Shown: positions 32,104-42,345 of the stretch, one piece after another
Layout: every line of letters begins with the position of its first letter
Numbering within the stretch: the first letter of the stretch is position 1
Assembly: GCA_022843925.1 (NCBI GenBank)
Contig: JALHMS010000022.1
Span: forward strand, 19,083-83,082
Source: Burkholderiales bacterium
Lineage (GTDB): Bacteria > Pseudomonadota > Gammaproteobacteria > Burkholderiales > Ga0077523
Reading direction: 5' to 3'
DNA length: 64,000 bases
Position numbers and translations under genes: made by a program
Notes under the pieces: generated by a model
Told to the model about the DNA's origin: nothing
Databases searched by the model: none
Seen by the model: the letters and a program-made list of their open reading frames with translations, nothing else

Positions 32104-33069
32104 CAGAGTCTGCTAACGCAAGCGTTCCTCGGTATCGCTGAAGCTGCTGTTCGAGATCCTTGCATTTTGGGAGATTGCCGCGGCTTCCACGCCACCGTGA
32201 GCCTTGTTGCTCAGCGGAAGCGGCGAGTCGGCCGGCGCCGTCGTGACGATTTCTTCACGTTGACGCTCTCGCCCCCTGCACATTCTCGGCACCGTCGCGC
32301 AGAATCGGGGGGACACTGCAGCACCCCGCAATCGACAACGAGCCCGGATGGTTGATGCCACGCAGCGCCCTCGCCGACAGCCAGTGCACTCTTTCCGGCG
32401 CCGGGTTCTTGCAACTGGAACGCGCAGGCTTGCAGGAATGGCCCGATCCCCAATCGCTTGGCTGATCGGTGGACAGCAGGAGGTTGACCAGCCATACGCG
32501 GCTGGAAGTCGAAGGGCGCTCACGAGAAGAACGCGTTGGAGATCTCTGGTTCGCACGCCTCCGAGACCCGCTTCCATCCCGCGCTCGATGCCCGCATCGA
32601 GAGTCGGGACCCGACAGGGTCCTCTGTGCACGGAATCGATCATCGGCGAACGCGGACCACCGCGTGCGGTGTCCGGCTATCCGAAGTCGCAAGGGTGTGG
32701 CAAATACGTTCCTGCCCGCGTCGCAGCCCGGTCTACGCAGCTCGGTTTGTCCAGCGACGCTGTGGCAGGTGCAGTTTCCAATGCGAACGCGGTGGCGGTG
32801 CACGAATGGCGACTGCGACCGCGGAGAGCATGAAAGAATGGCGCTCGGAAAAGCAGGCCGAGTGGATTTCGGATGGCGTGTTTGCAGGTTTTGACGAACC
32901 CTTTCTCCGGAGATGCATCGACGTTGATGAACGCTTTCTGTCTCGACAAACAGCGTCGGTTGGTGACTCACGAATCCCCTGGCCGTGGCCGGCCGATCGC
33001 GGCTCATGGCGGTAGTTGGTCCGTACCGAGCGAGCAGAATTGATCGAAAGCCGAGCCAGTTCCGGTTCC

Positions 33070-33852
33070 ATGGTGTTCCCGACCGCATCGCCTGCACTGG
33101 AGTCGTTCGGGATCAAGTTCTCCACCGGGGGGGCGCATGTCAGCCGGACGATGATGCTGACCGAGCTCGAGGCGTTGCTTGCCGCGGTACCCGCGGGCTC
33201 GATCCCGGAGGACTATCGCGCCGCCGTGCTGGGGCGCAATGTGCTGGGCAAGACCACCGTCAGCACCCGGCACAAGACCCTTCGTCACATGCGTGAGTTG
33301 TACTCGCTCGACGAATCTGTCCCGATCTTCGGGCTGCTGCGCACACTCGAGGCTGTCGACAATGGAGCTAGCCTGCCCTTGCTGGCCATCCAGGTCGCGT
33401 GGTCGCGCGACCCGCTTCTCCGGGCCACGACCGAGCCTGTGCTCGACGCCACTGTGGGCGCGATGGTGGAGCAGGCAAGCCTCGCGCATGGCTTCGAAGC
33501 CGCCTTTCCGGATCAGTACTCAGACGCCACGCTTCGAAGGACCATCCGGAACGCGGCCTCCTCGTGGACCCAGGCAGGGCACCTCATCGGGCGTGTGAAG
33601 AAGATCCGCCAGCAGATCAAGCCCACACCGGTGGCAGTCACCATGGCGCTTTTCCTCGGGCGGCTTGCGGGGAATCACGGCACGGACGTCTTCTCCAGCC
33701 CGTGGGTCCGTCTGCTCGATCTCGGCGCCGACCGAGCGAGGGGTATGGCGCAGGAGGCGCACCGAGCGGGCCTGCTCGATATGCGCGCCGTGGGCGAGGT
33801 CGTCGATCTGAGCTTTCCGCGGCTCGACAGGTTCGAGAGACCATCTTCATGA
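33070..33852 (+). CDS. brxA: BREX BrxA-like protein
   Basis: First gene of the coupled BREX run; GGAHVSRTMM, ASSWTQAGHL; symbol assigned mainly by position. Confidence 0.65.
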   Translation: MVFPTASPALESFGIKFSTGGAHVSRTMMLTELEALLAAVPAGSIPEDYRAAVLGRNVLGKTTVSTRHKTLRHMRELYSLDESVPIFGLLRTLEAVDNGASLPLLAIQVAWSRDPLLRATTEPVLDATVGAMVEQASLAHGFEAAFPDQYSDATLRRTIRNAASSWTQAGHLIGRVKKIRQQIKPTPVAVTMALFLGRLAGNHGTDVFSSPWVRLLDLGADRARGMAQEAHRAGLLDMRAVGEVVDLSFPRLDRFERPSS

Positions 33853-34406
33853 GCGCCGTCGAACGCCTGCTTGCCAATTACACACGCCAGGTCCGCCTGC
33901 CGTGGTCGGCCAACATGTCCGGCAAGCAGCGGGTGTGGTTCGCTGTCTATCCGCCGGCCGAAGAGCGCCGGATTCGGGCGAAGCAACCGCAGTTCGAGGC
34001 CACTACCCTGGAAGCCCAGCATGGGTGGCTGAACGTCGACCTCACAAACTTGCTTCCTCAGTGGATTGCGGCGCACGAGTACCGCGAGAGCATCTTCGCG
34101 GAGCCCGAGCACTTCAGCGTAAGCGGCGAACTCGAGCACCTGGCGGTGGAGCGGGTACGTCAGGCCTGCATCAGCGAAGACGCGAACGCCGGCACCGTCG
34201 TCGCCATCACCGGCCTGGCCACCCTGTTCGACTTCATGCGCGTGTCCAGCCTCGTCGAGCGCGTGGAAGACAGCGTCCGGGGGCGGCTCCTGGTGTTCTT
34301 TCCTGGCGAGTACACCGGCAACGTGTACCGTTTCATGGACGCGCGCGACGGCTTCAACTACATGGCAGTGCCCATCACCGCAATCGAGAGCTTCGTCCAG
34401 CCATGA
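33849..34406 (+). CDS. brxB: BREX BrxB (DUF1788-like)
   Basis: GRLLVFFPGEY...YRFMDARDGFNYMA; ATGA overlaps on both sides. Confidence 0.8.
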   Translation: MSAVERLLANYTRQVRLPWSANMSGKQRVWFAVYPPAEERRIRAKQPQFEATTLEAQHGWLNVDLTNLLPQWIAAHEYRESIFAEPEHFSVSGELEHLAVERVRQACISEDANAGTVVAITGLATLFDFMRVSSLVERVEDSVRGRLLVFFPGEYTGNVYRFMDARDGFNYMAVPITAIESFVQP

Positions 34407-37400
34407 TCAATCGCAGCCTCTACTTCCGTGACCCGGCCACGCAGGAGTTGCTCAACAACGGCGTCTCGAAGGTGTCCGAGATCGGCCGCGACGCCAGCCA
34501 GATCAAGACGCTCCGCTTCGAGCTGCAGAACTTCGTCTGCGACGGCGAATACGCGCGCGGGATGGAACGCATCCTCGGCGCCTATCTCGGTGGACTCGGA
34601 AAGGCCGAACAGAACGCCGTCTGGGTGAGCGGCTTCTTCGGCAGCGGGAAGTCGCACCTGGTCAAGGTGCTGCGCTACCTGTGGGAGGACTACCGCTTCG
34701 ACGACGGCGCCACCGCGCGGTCGCTCGTCACCTTGCCCGACGAGATCAGCGCCTTGCTGACGGAACTGAGCAACCGGTCCAGGCCGCTGGGCGGTTTGCG
34801 CGCCGCTGCCGGCACTCTGGGCGCCGGGTCGATGGACAACGTGCGCCTCGCCTTCATCCAGCTGGTGCTGCGCGCCGCCGGCCTGCCCGAAAACCTCGCC
34901 CAAGCCAGGTTCATGCTGTGGCTGCGCGCGTCCGGCCTGGAGGCCAAGGTGCAGGAGGCGCTGAAGCAGCAGAAACGTGATCTGGCCAAGGAAGTGCTCA
35001 GCTTGAAGCTGTCCACGCCGCTGGCCGAGGCGCTGGTCGCCGCTGACCCACGGTACGGCACGACCACCAATGCGCAGGCCAGCATCCGCGACGAGTTCAA
35101 GGAGAGCGGTTCGCCGACGGTGGACGACGCATTGAAGATCGTCCACGAGATCTTCGCCGATGGCGGGCAACTGCCCTGCACGCTGCTCGTCGTGGACGAG
35201 ATCCAGCAGTTCATCAGTGACAAGGTCCAGCGCGCACACGACGTGCAGGAAATCGCCGAGCACGTCTGCACCGATCTCAACAGCCGGCTCCTGCTGGTCG
35301 GCACCGGGCAGTCGGCGCTGCATGGCGCCACACCCGCGCTCCAGCGGCTGCAGGCCCGCTTCGCCGTCAAGGTGCAGTTGTCCGATACCGACGTCGAGAG
35401 CGTGATCCGCAAGACCGTGCTGCGGAAGAAGCCCGAGCACGAGACGACGCTGTCTCGATGCATGGCGGGCAACCAGGGCGAGTTGGCGCGCCACCTGCAA
35501 GGAACGCGGCTCGCCGCCACGCACGAGGACGATGCCTTCTTCGTGGCCGACTACCCGCTTCTGCCCACGCGGCGGCGATTCTGGGAACGGGTGCTGCGCA
35601 ACACCGACCACTCCGGTACGAAGGCGCAGTTGCGTTCGCAGTTGCAGATCGTCTTCGAAGCCACCCGCCAGACGGCGGAGGCGGCCGTGGGATCGGTGGT
35701 GCCGGCCGACTTCATCTACGACCAGATCTCGACCGACCTCCTCAACTCCGGCGAGCTGGAGCGCGAGTACGACGAGATCATCCGCAAGCAGCGCGACGGC
35801 ACGCCCGAGGGCGAGCTGCGATCGAGCCTGTGTGCCCTGGTGTTCCTGATCGGCAAGCTGCCGCGCACGCCCGGCGCCGACGACGGGGTGCGGGCCAACG
35901 TGGAGACACTGGTGGACTTGCTGGTGGCCGACCTGTTGGCAGACCGCCCTAGGCTCGAGCAGCAGGTGCCGAAGCTCCTCGCGCACCTGGTCGCGCATGG
36001 ACAGCTGATGGCGGTGGAGACGGAGTACCGGCTGCAGACGCGTGAAGGCGCAGTCTGGACCCACGAGTTCAACCGCCGCCGCACCACCGCGCTCAACGAC
36101 GACCAGCGCATCAGCACCAGGCGGGCCGAGTTGCTGCGCGATCGTGCGAAGCAGGCGCTCAAGCCGGTGTCGCTCCAGCAGGGCAATTCGGGCACGGCAC
36201 GCAAGCTGGTGTTCGATCTGTCGTCGGCACGGCCCGCTGGCGGCAGCGATGACGTGACCTTGTGGTTGCGCGACGGCTGGAGCGACGACGAGAAATCGGT
36301 GCTGAACGACGCCCGTGCCGCCGGCGTCGACAGCCCCATGCTCTTTGGCTATCTCCCGCGCGTGCACCATGAAGAACTGAAGCAGGCCATCGCCTCGCAG
36401 ATCGCCGCCCAGGAAACGCTGGACGCCCATGGCATGGCGGGCGGCCCGGAAACCATCGAACCCCGCAAGGCCGTCGAGACCCACCTGGCCGTCGCCCAGC
36501 ATCGCATCCACGATCTTCTCGGCCAGGTGATCGACGGCGCCAAGGTGTTTCTCGGCGGCGGGCAGGAAGGCAACGGCATCGAACTGGCCGACAAGGTGCA
36601 GGACTCGGCCGACAGCGCCCTGGTGCGCCTGTTCCCGCAGTTCTCCGAGGCCGACCACGCCAACTGGGGACAGGTGGTCTCGCAAGCGCGCGCCGGCAAC
36701 GTGGCCGCCCTGGCGCAGGTGGGGTTCCAGGGCAACCCCACGCAGCACGCGGTGTGCCGCAAGGTGCTGGAGTACGTCGGTGCCGGCAAGAAGGGCAAGG
36801 ACCTCCGCGACAACTTCAAGGGCGCCCCCTACGGCTGGCCGCAGGACGCCATCGACGGCGCGCTTTATGTGATGCTGGTGGCGGGCAACCTGCGCGCCAC
36901 CGTCAATGGCCAGCCGGTGAACGCGTCGCTGCCGCAGAACCAGCTTGGCACCGCCAGCTTCTATGTGGACGTCCCGCCGCTGGACGTGCAGCAGCGCCTG
37001 AACCTGAAAGCCCTGTTCCAGAAGGCCGGCATCACCACCCAGAACGGCAAGGAGTCCGAGGCCGCGGCCCAGGCGCTGGCGAGGCTGCTGGCCCTGGCGG
37101 CCAGTGCCGGTGGACCCGCGCCGCGCCCCGAGCCGCCCGACACCCTGGCGGTGACGGCGCTGCAGATGCTCAGCGGCAATGCCCAGTTGCTGCAGATCCA
37201 CGAGCAGAAGGACGACCTGGCCTCCAGGCTGGCCGCGTGGAAGAAGAGCGCCGACGCCATCGGCAAGCGCTGGCCCGCCTGGGAGCGGCTGCAGGACTTC
37301 CAGCGCTTTGCCGCCGGCCTGCCCGAGGCCGACGCCACTGCCGTCTCCATCGCGGCGATCACCGAGGGCCGCAGCCTGCTGGCCGAGCCCGACCCGGTGC

Positions 37401-37840
37401 CCGAACTGATCAAGCAGCTGGCCACTGCGTTGCGCCTCGCGCTCGGGAAGCTGCAGGACGACCTCGCGGACGCCTTCAAGGCGGGCGAAGCCTTACTGGC
37501 GGCATCGCCTGTGTGGGCCGGTCGCACCGACGAGCAGCGCAGCGCCATCGCGACGGCCTGCCAGCTGGCGCCACCGCCCAAGGCCGCCGTCGGCACCGAT
37601 GACGAGATCCTGGCCGCGCTGACGGCGCGCAGCCTGACCGACCGCCGCAACCTGCTGGACGCCGTGCCGCAGCGCTTCGCCCGCGCGCTGGAAGAGGCCG
37701 GCAAGCTGGCCACGCCCGACGCCGTGCGCGTGCCACTGCCGGCCGCCGTCATCAAGACCACCGACGAGCTGGACCACTGGCTGGCCGGCGTGCGCCAGCA
37801 GGTGCTGAGCAGGCTCGAGAAAGGTCCGGTGATCCTGTGA
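34403..37840 (+). CDS. brxC: BREX P-loop ATPase BrxC
   Basis: WVSGFFGSGKSH Walker A, LLVVDEIQQF Walker B, PYGWPQDA; start at ATG 34403. Confidence 0.92.
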   Translation: MINRSLYFRDPATQELLNNGVSKVSEIGRDASQIKTLRFELQNFVCDGEYARGMERILGAYLGGLGKAEQNAVWVSGFFGSGKSHLVKVLRYLWEDYRFDDGATARSLVTLPDEISALLTELSNRSRPLGGLRAAAGTLGAGSMDNVRLAFIQLVLRAAGLPENLAQARFMLWLRASGLEAKVQEALKQQKRDLAKEVLSLKLSTPLAEALVAADPRYGTTTNAQASIRDEFKESGSPTVDDALKIVHEIFADGGQLPCTLLVVDEIQQFISDKVQRAHDVQEIAEHVCTDLNSRLLLVGTGQSALHGATPALQRLQARFAVKVQLSDTDVESVIRKTVLRKKPEHETTLSRCMAGNQGELARHLQGTRLAATHEDDAFFVADYPLLPTRRRFWERVLRNTDHSGTKAQLRSQLQIVFEATRQTAEAAVGSVVPADFIYDQISTDLLNSGELEREYDEIIRKQRDGTPEGELRSSLCALVFLIGKLPRTPGADDGVRANVETLVDLLVADLLADRPRLEQQVPKLLAHLVAHGQLMAVETEYRLQTREGAVWTHEFNRRRTTALNDDQRISTRRAELLRDRAKQALKPVSLQQGNSGTARKLVFDLSSARPAGGSDDVTLWLRDGWSDDEKSVLNDARAAGVDSPMLFGYLPRVHHEELKQAIASQIAAQETLDAHGMAGGPETIEPRKAVETHLAVAQHRIHDLLGQVIDGAKVFLGGGQEGNGIELADKVQDSADSALVRLFPQFSEADHANWGQVVSQARAGNVAALAQVGFQGNPTQHAVCRKVLEYVGAGKKGKDLRDNFKGAPYGWPQDAIDGALYVMLVAGNLRATVNGQPVNASLPQNQLGTASFYVDVPPLDVQQRLNLKALFQKAGITTQNGKESEAAAQALARLLALAASAGGPAPRPEPPDTLAVTALQMLSGNAQLLQIHEQKDDLASRLAAWKKSADAIGKRWPAWERLQDFQRFAAGLPEADATAVSIAAITEGRSLLAEPDPVPELIKQLATALRLALGKLQDDLADAFKAGEALLAASPVWAGRTDEQRSAIATACQLAPPPKAAVGTDDEILAALTARSLTDRRNLLDAVPQRFARALEEAGKLATPDAVRVPLPAAVIKTTDELDHWLAGVRQQVLSRLEKGPVIL

Positions 37841-37910
37841 GCGCCGCCCGACCGTTCCGAGGCGCCCGCTCCCGCTTCGCGGGACCAGCCGCAGGTCGTC
37901 GGGGGCACCC

Positions 37911-40900
37911 ATGAGCAGCCTGCCCACCCCGCTGCGCCGGCAGCTCGAAGGCGCCGTGCGCCAGGCCCGCAAGATCGCCGAGGCGGGCGCCCGCCACGCG
38001 CTCGAAGCGCTGGCCGTGCACGAGCCGGACCCCTACCGCCACATGGACGAGGCCGCGCGCGCGCTGCGCCGCCAGCTGCGCGCCCAGGCCAAGCAGCTGG
38101 GCGACGGCGAAAGCCGGCACAAGCCCGGCGCCTACGAGATCAAGCATCTGGCCGAGAAGCTGGCCTACGACCAGTGGCACCGGCTGCTGTTCGCCCGCTA
38201 TCTGCTGGAGAACGACCTGCTGATCTCGCCCGAGCATGGCGTGGCGGTGTCGCTGGACGACTGCGAGGAACTGGCGCCCTCGGTCGGATGCAAGGACGCC
38301 TGGGCCGTGGCGGCCCGTTTCGCCGCCAGAGAACTGCCCGAGATCTTCCGCGCCGACGACCCCGCCGGTGCCGTCGAGCTGGCCGTCAACGACCGCCAGC
38401 CGCTGATCGCCCTGGTCACCGGCCTGCCCGTGGAAGTCTTCACCGCCAGCGACAGCCTGGGCTGGTGTTACCAGTTCTGGCAAGCCGAGAAGAAGGACGA
38501 GGTCAACGCCGCCGGCAACAAGATCGGCGCCGACGAACTGCCCGCCGTCACGCAGTTGTTCACCGAGGACTACATGGTGGACTTCCTGCTCGACAACACG
38601 CTGGGGGCCTGGCATGCGGGCAAGGTGCTGGCGGCCAGGCCGGAACTGGGCCGGACGGCGGAGAGCGAATCCGAACTGCGGGAGGCGGTGGCCTTGCCGG
38701 GTTGCCCTTGGACGTATCTTCGCTTCATCCAGGCTGACGACGGCGTCTGGGTGCCTGCGGCGGGCACGTTCGACGGCTGGCCCCGGTCCGCCATGGAGTT
38801 GAAGTGCCTGGACCCCTGCATGGGCAGCGGGCACTTCGTGGTGGCCATGTTCGAGCGCGTGGTGGCGCTGCGCGTCGCGGAAGAAGGTCTGGACGAGGCA
38901 GAGGCGGTGGCTGCCGTGGTCGGCGACAACCTGTTCGGGTTGGAACTGGACCCGCGGTGTACGCAGATCGGCGCGTTCAATCTGGCGCTGGCGGCGTGGC
39001 GGCGGGTGGGACACTGCGTGTTGCCGGCTATGAACATCGCCTGCTCGGGACTGGCGCCGAATGCGAAGCAAGCGGATTGGTTGAAGCTGGCGGGCGGCGA
39101 TGACCGTCTTGAGCGCGGTATGGCACGGCTCTATGCGTCGTTCGCTGACGCGCCAGTCCTTGGCAGTCTCATCAACCCACGCAACGAAGCGGGCGATCTG
39201 TTAGTGGCGGCGTTCCATGAACTTCAGCCGCTACTGGAAAGAGCGCTTGCGCAAGAAGCCACCGACGACTTGGCGCACGAGATGGCTGTGACCGCGCGCG
39301 GACTGGCCAAAGCAGCCGAGATCCTCGCGGGGCAGTTCACACTCGTGGTTACCAACGTGCCCTACCTGGGGCGCGGAAAACAACACACCGTCCTTCAGGA
39401 CTACTGCGCCCAGTTCCATAGCGAAGGGAAATCGGATCTGGCGACCTGTTTTCTTGAGCGATGCATCGACTTCTGCGGCCGCTCTGGGCATGCTGCATTG
39501 GTTACACCCCAGAACTGGTGGTTCAGTTCGACATACAAGGGTTTAAGGCAGCAAGTAATTACCGAATGCAGCCTGCACTTTGCTGTGACTCTTGGCGAAG
39601 AAGCCTGGCAAGCATTCGGCAATCGCGGACCATTCGCCGGACTTATTTGTCTGGGTGCTACTGGCGCAAAGTCCGATCAACGCTTTGCAGGCATCGATGC
39701 ACTTCAAAAGGCGACCATTCCGGAGAAAGTTAGGGAACTTGAGAATGGGGCCGTGCTGATGCTGCTACAGGCGGACTCTCGCCTCAACTCTGACTGCCGC
39801 ATTGCAGTCGCACTGCCTAACCGTGGCGCGATCCTCGAGTCTTTTGCCAAGAGTTATCAGGGAATAAAAACCGGAGATGATGAGCGATTCGGCCGATACT
39901 TTGTCGAGCTATGCAAAATCTCAAGATATTGGAAGTTTTATCAAGGTGGCGTATCAAATATCTGCTTGACCGGAGGTATGGAGCAAGTGCTGTTCTGGGC
40001 TGCCGACGGGAGTGGTTTGGCCCGAAAGCAGGGTATCAGTGCCTGGGGTAAGTCAGGTGTGCTGGTATGCCTGATGCGCGACCTCCCGGCGACACGGTAC
40101 TTTGGAGACGTGTTTTCGAGCAGCGTGTCGCCGCTGGTCATCGAGAATAGCGAACATCTCCTGCCAATTTGGTCATTCTGTAGCTCGGATGATTTCCGCG
40201 CGGAAGTGAGAAAGATCGATAGGAGAGTTTGCGTTACAAATGCAAATCTGCTGAAGGTGCCTTTCGATCTGGAGTATTGGCAAGAGGTTGCAGCTCAGAA
40301 GTACCCGCAAGGCCTACCGAAGCCGTTCTCGAGCGACCCAACTCAGTGGTTGTTCAATGGTCACCCAAAGGACGCCGATCAGCCATTGCAGGTGGCCGTG
40401 GCGCGCCTGCTCGGCTACCACTGGCCCCGCCAGACCGGCTCCAGCTTTCCCGATTGCCCGGCCCTCGGCCCCGACGGCCTCGAAGCATTCGCAGACACCG
40501 ACGGTATCGTGCCCCTCAGCCCCACCAAAGGCGAAGCCGCCGCCGCCGAGCGCTTGCGCGACCTGCTCGCCCGGGCCTACGGCGCGGAATGGAGCGCATC
40601 CCTGCAGCAGGAGTTATTGGCCCAGGTCGACGGCGCGGGAACCTCGCTGGAGGACTGGCTGCGCAACGCCTTCTTTGAGCAGCACTGCAAGCTGTTCCAG
40701 AACCGCCCCTTCATCTGGCACCTCTGGGATGGCCACAAAAGTGGCTTCAGCGCGCTGGTGAACTATCACAAGCTAACCCACGCCAACCTGGAGAAGCTGA
40801 CCTACGCCTACCTGGGTGACTGGATCCGCCGGCAGCAGGCCGCGGTGGACGCGGGGGAGTCAGGCAGCGATGCGCGCCTGCAGGCGGCGAAGAACCTGCA

Positions 40901-41273
40901 GGCCACACTCGCGCTGATCCTCGAAGGCGAGCCGCCGTTCGACCTCTTCGTGCGCTGGAAGCCGCTGTCGCAGCAGGCCATCGGCTGGCAGCCGGACCTG
41001 AACGACGGCGTGCGGATGAACATCCGCCCGTTCATGGCGCGCGACATTCCCGGCGGCAAGAAGGGCGCGGGCGTGCTGCGCACCAAGCCCAACATCAAAT
41101 GGGACAAGGACCGCGGCAAGGAGCCCACGCGCTCCAAGGCGGAGTACCCGTGGTTCTGGGGCTGGGACGGGAAGACCGAGGACTTTGCTGGCGTCGGCAA
41201 GGAGCCTGACGGCAACCGCTGGAACGATTGCCACTACGGCAATGCATTCAAGCGCGGCAAGCGCCAAAGCTGA
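37911..41273 (+). CDS. pglX: BREX adenine DNA methyltransferase PglX/BrxX
   Basis: TQLFTEDYMV, DPCMGSGHF (motif I), TNVPY (motif IV variant), PDLNDGVRMNIRPF. Confidence 0.9.
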   Translation: MSSLPTPLRRQLEGAVRQARKIAEAGARHALEALAVHEPDPYRHMDEAARALRRQLRAQAKQLGDGESRHKPGAYEIKHLAEKLAYDQWHRLLFARYLLENDLLISPEHGVAVSLDDCEELAPSVGCKDAWAVAARFAARELPEIFRADDPAGAVELAVNDRQPLIALVTGLPVEVFTASDSLGWCYQFWQAEKKDEVNAAGNKIGADELPAVTQLFTEDYMVDFLLDNTLGAWHAGKVLAARPELGRTAESESELREAVALPGCPWTYLRFIQADDGVWVPAAGTFDGWPRSAMELKCLDPCMGSGHFVVAMFERVVALRVAEEGLDEAEAVAAVVGDNLFGLELDPRCTQIGAFNLALAAWRRVGHCVLPAMNIACSGLAPNAKQADWLKLAGGDDRLERGMARLYASFADAPVLGSLINPRNEAGDLLVAAFHELQPLLERALAQEATDDLAHEMAVTARGLAKAAEILAGQFTLVVTNVPYLGRGKQHTVLQDYCAQFHSEGKSDLATCFLERCIDFCGRSGHAALVTPQNWWFSSTYKGLRQQVITECSLHFAVTLGEEAWQAFGNRGPFAGLICLGATGAKSDQRFAGIDALQKATIPEKVRELENGAVLMLLQADSRLNSDCRIAVALPNRGAILESFAKSYQGIKTGDDERFGRYFVELCKISRYWKFYQGGVSNICLTGGMEQVLFWAADGSGLARKQGISAWGKSGVLVCLMRDLPATRYFGDVFSSSVSPLVIENSEHLLPIWSFCSSDDFRAEVRKIDRRVCVTNANLLKVPFDLEYWQEVAAQKYPQGLPKPFSSDPTQWLFNGHPKDADQPLQVAVARLLGYHWPRQTGSSFPDCPALGPDGLEAFADTDGIVPLSPTKGEAAAAERLRDLLARAYGAEWSASLQQELLAQVDGAGTSLEDWLRNAFFEQHCKLFQNRPFIWHLWDGHKSGFSALVNYHKLTHANLEKLTYAYLGDWIRRQQAAVDAGESGSDARLQAAKNLQATLALILEGEPPFDLFVRWKPLSQQAIGWQPDLNDGVRMNIRPFMARDIPGGKKGAGVLRTKPNIKWDKDRGKEPTRSKAEYPWFWGWDGKTEDFAGVGKEPDGNRWNDCHYGNAFKRGKRQS

Positions 41274-41344
41274 GGCCTCGGGAAGATGATCCGACGCAAC
41301 CATCCGCCGGTGGCGGCGGCGAGCAGGCATCCTGGGGAGTGACC

Positions 41345-42334
41345 ATGGACGAGATCGACGCATCCGCTGAATTGCTCGATGCCACAGGGCGCTGGCGCGC
41401 CCGCGACGTCGCCTACTGGGCCGGTCGTTGGGATCGCCTGGCCCGACTGGTGCCGACGTTCACGATCGAGCCGTTTCGGGCAGGCCCGGACTCGCCCGCC
41501 AACCCGCACATCCGGGCCGTCGTCCGTCAGCCGTTGACCGTTACCGAGCGGCCCATTCCCGTGGGCACGGTCTCCAATGCCTATCAGCTTGCCCAGCATC
41601 ACGAAGTCGTTACACGCTGCTTCGAGGGACTGCGACGGGTCGGTGTCGACCCCGCGCCGTTGCGATGTGAAGTCGGACTGACGCCGTTGGGGGAGTGGAT
41701 GAACTTTCGGGCCTACTTTCCGGAGTCTCACCACTACACGCCGAGAGATGGCAAGCCATTGGGGCTGCGTCTGGAATGCTTCAACTCCGTGGACGGGTCC
41801 AGCCGCCTCGTCATTCTCCTGGGGTGGTTGCGGTTCGTTTGTGCAAACGGGCTGGTGATCGGCGAAACCAAGGCCGAACTGAGAGACGTACACGACGAGC
41901 ACTTGAGTCTGGATGCCATCCCGGAGCTTGTGGTCTCGGGCATGACTGCGGTGACCGCTGACCTGCAGCGCCTGAAGGGCTGGGAGGCTGCCGAAGTCTC
42001 CTCCGTGCAGTTGGAGAAATGGGTCAACGGCAAGGTGTCCTCGACGTGGGGCAAGAAGGCCGCCTGCCGCGTGTTCCACATCTGCAGGAGCGGACGCGAC
42101 GTTGAAATCGTGGACCCCTTCGCGAAAGGGGAAGCGACCGAGAAGCCGGTCAAGGCGATGGGGGATGTGCCGGGTACAGCCCGTCCGGCCAGGACCCTCT
42201 ACGACGTCAGCCAGGCACTGTCGTGGATCGCCACCCAGCGCAGTAACACCGAAGAGCGGGTGGAGTGGCAGGGCGCCATTCCCGAGCTGATCGGCTCGTT
42301 GCGTGCGGGCGCTGCAATCCGCAGCACCACCTGA
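41345..42334 (+). CDS. DUF932-like protein inserted in BREX
   Basis: VSNAYQL, FNSVDGSS...LRFVCANGL pattern; GGGGAG SD. Confidence 0.7.
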   Translation: MDEIDASAELLDATGRWRARDVAYWAGRWDRLARLVPTFTIEPFRAGPDSPANPHIRAVVRQPLTVTERPIPVGTVSNAYQLAQHHEVVTRCFEGLRRVGVDPAPLRCEVGLTPLGEWMNFRAYFPESHHYTPRDGKPLGLRLECFNSVDGSSRLVILLGWLRFVCANGLVIGETKAELRDVHDEHLSLDAIPELVVSGMTAVTADLQRLKGWEAAEVSSVQLEKWVNGKVSSTWGKKAACRVFHICRSGRDVEIVDPFAKGEATEKPVKAMGDVPGTARPARTLYDVSQALSWIATQRSNTEERVEWQGAIPELIGSLRAGAAIRSTT

Positions 42335-42345
42335 CCGTGCCCTCG

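Noticed and set aside
33902-34402. N-terminal extension of BrxC in the ORF track (likewise for PglZ, RlmD, LapB and the ARH)
   Set aside because: Overlaps the upstream gene; true starts are at ATGA-coupled or SD-preceded ATGs
34358-37201. 947-aa antisense ORF, and similar ones such as 43365..45461, 7899..9446 and 1066..2430
   Set aside because: Shadow ORFs of high-GC coding genes with no recognisable motifs
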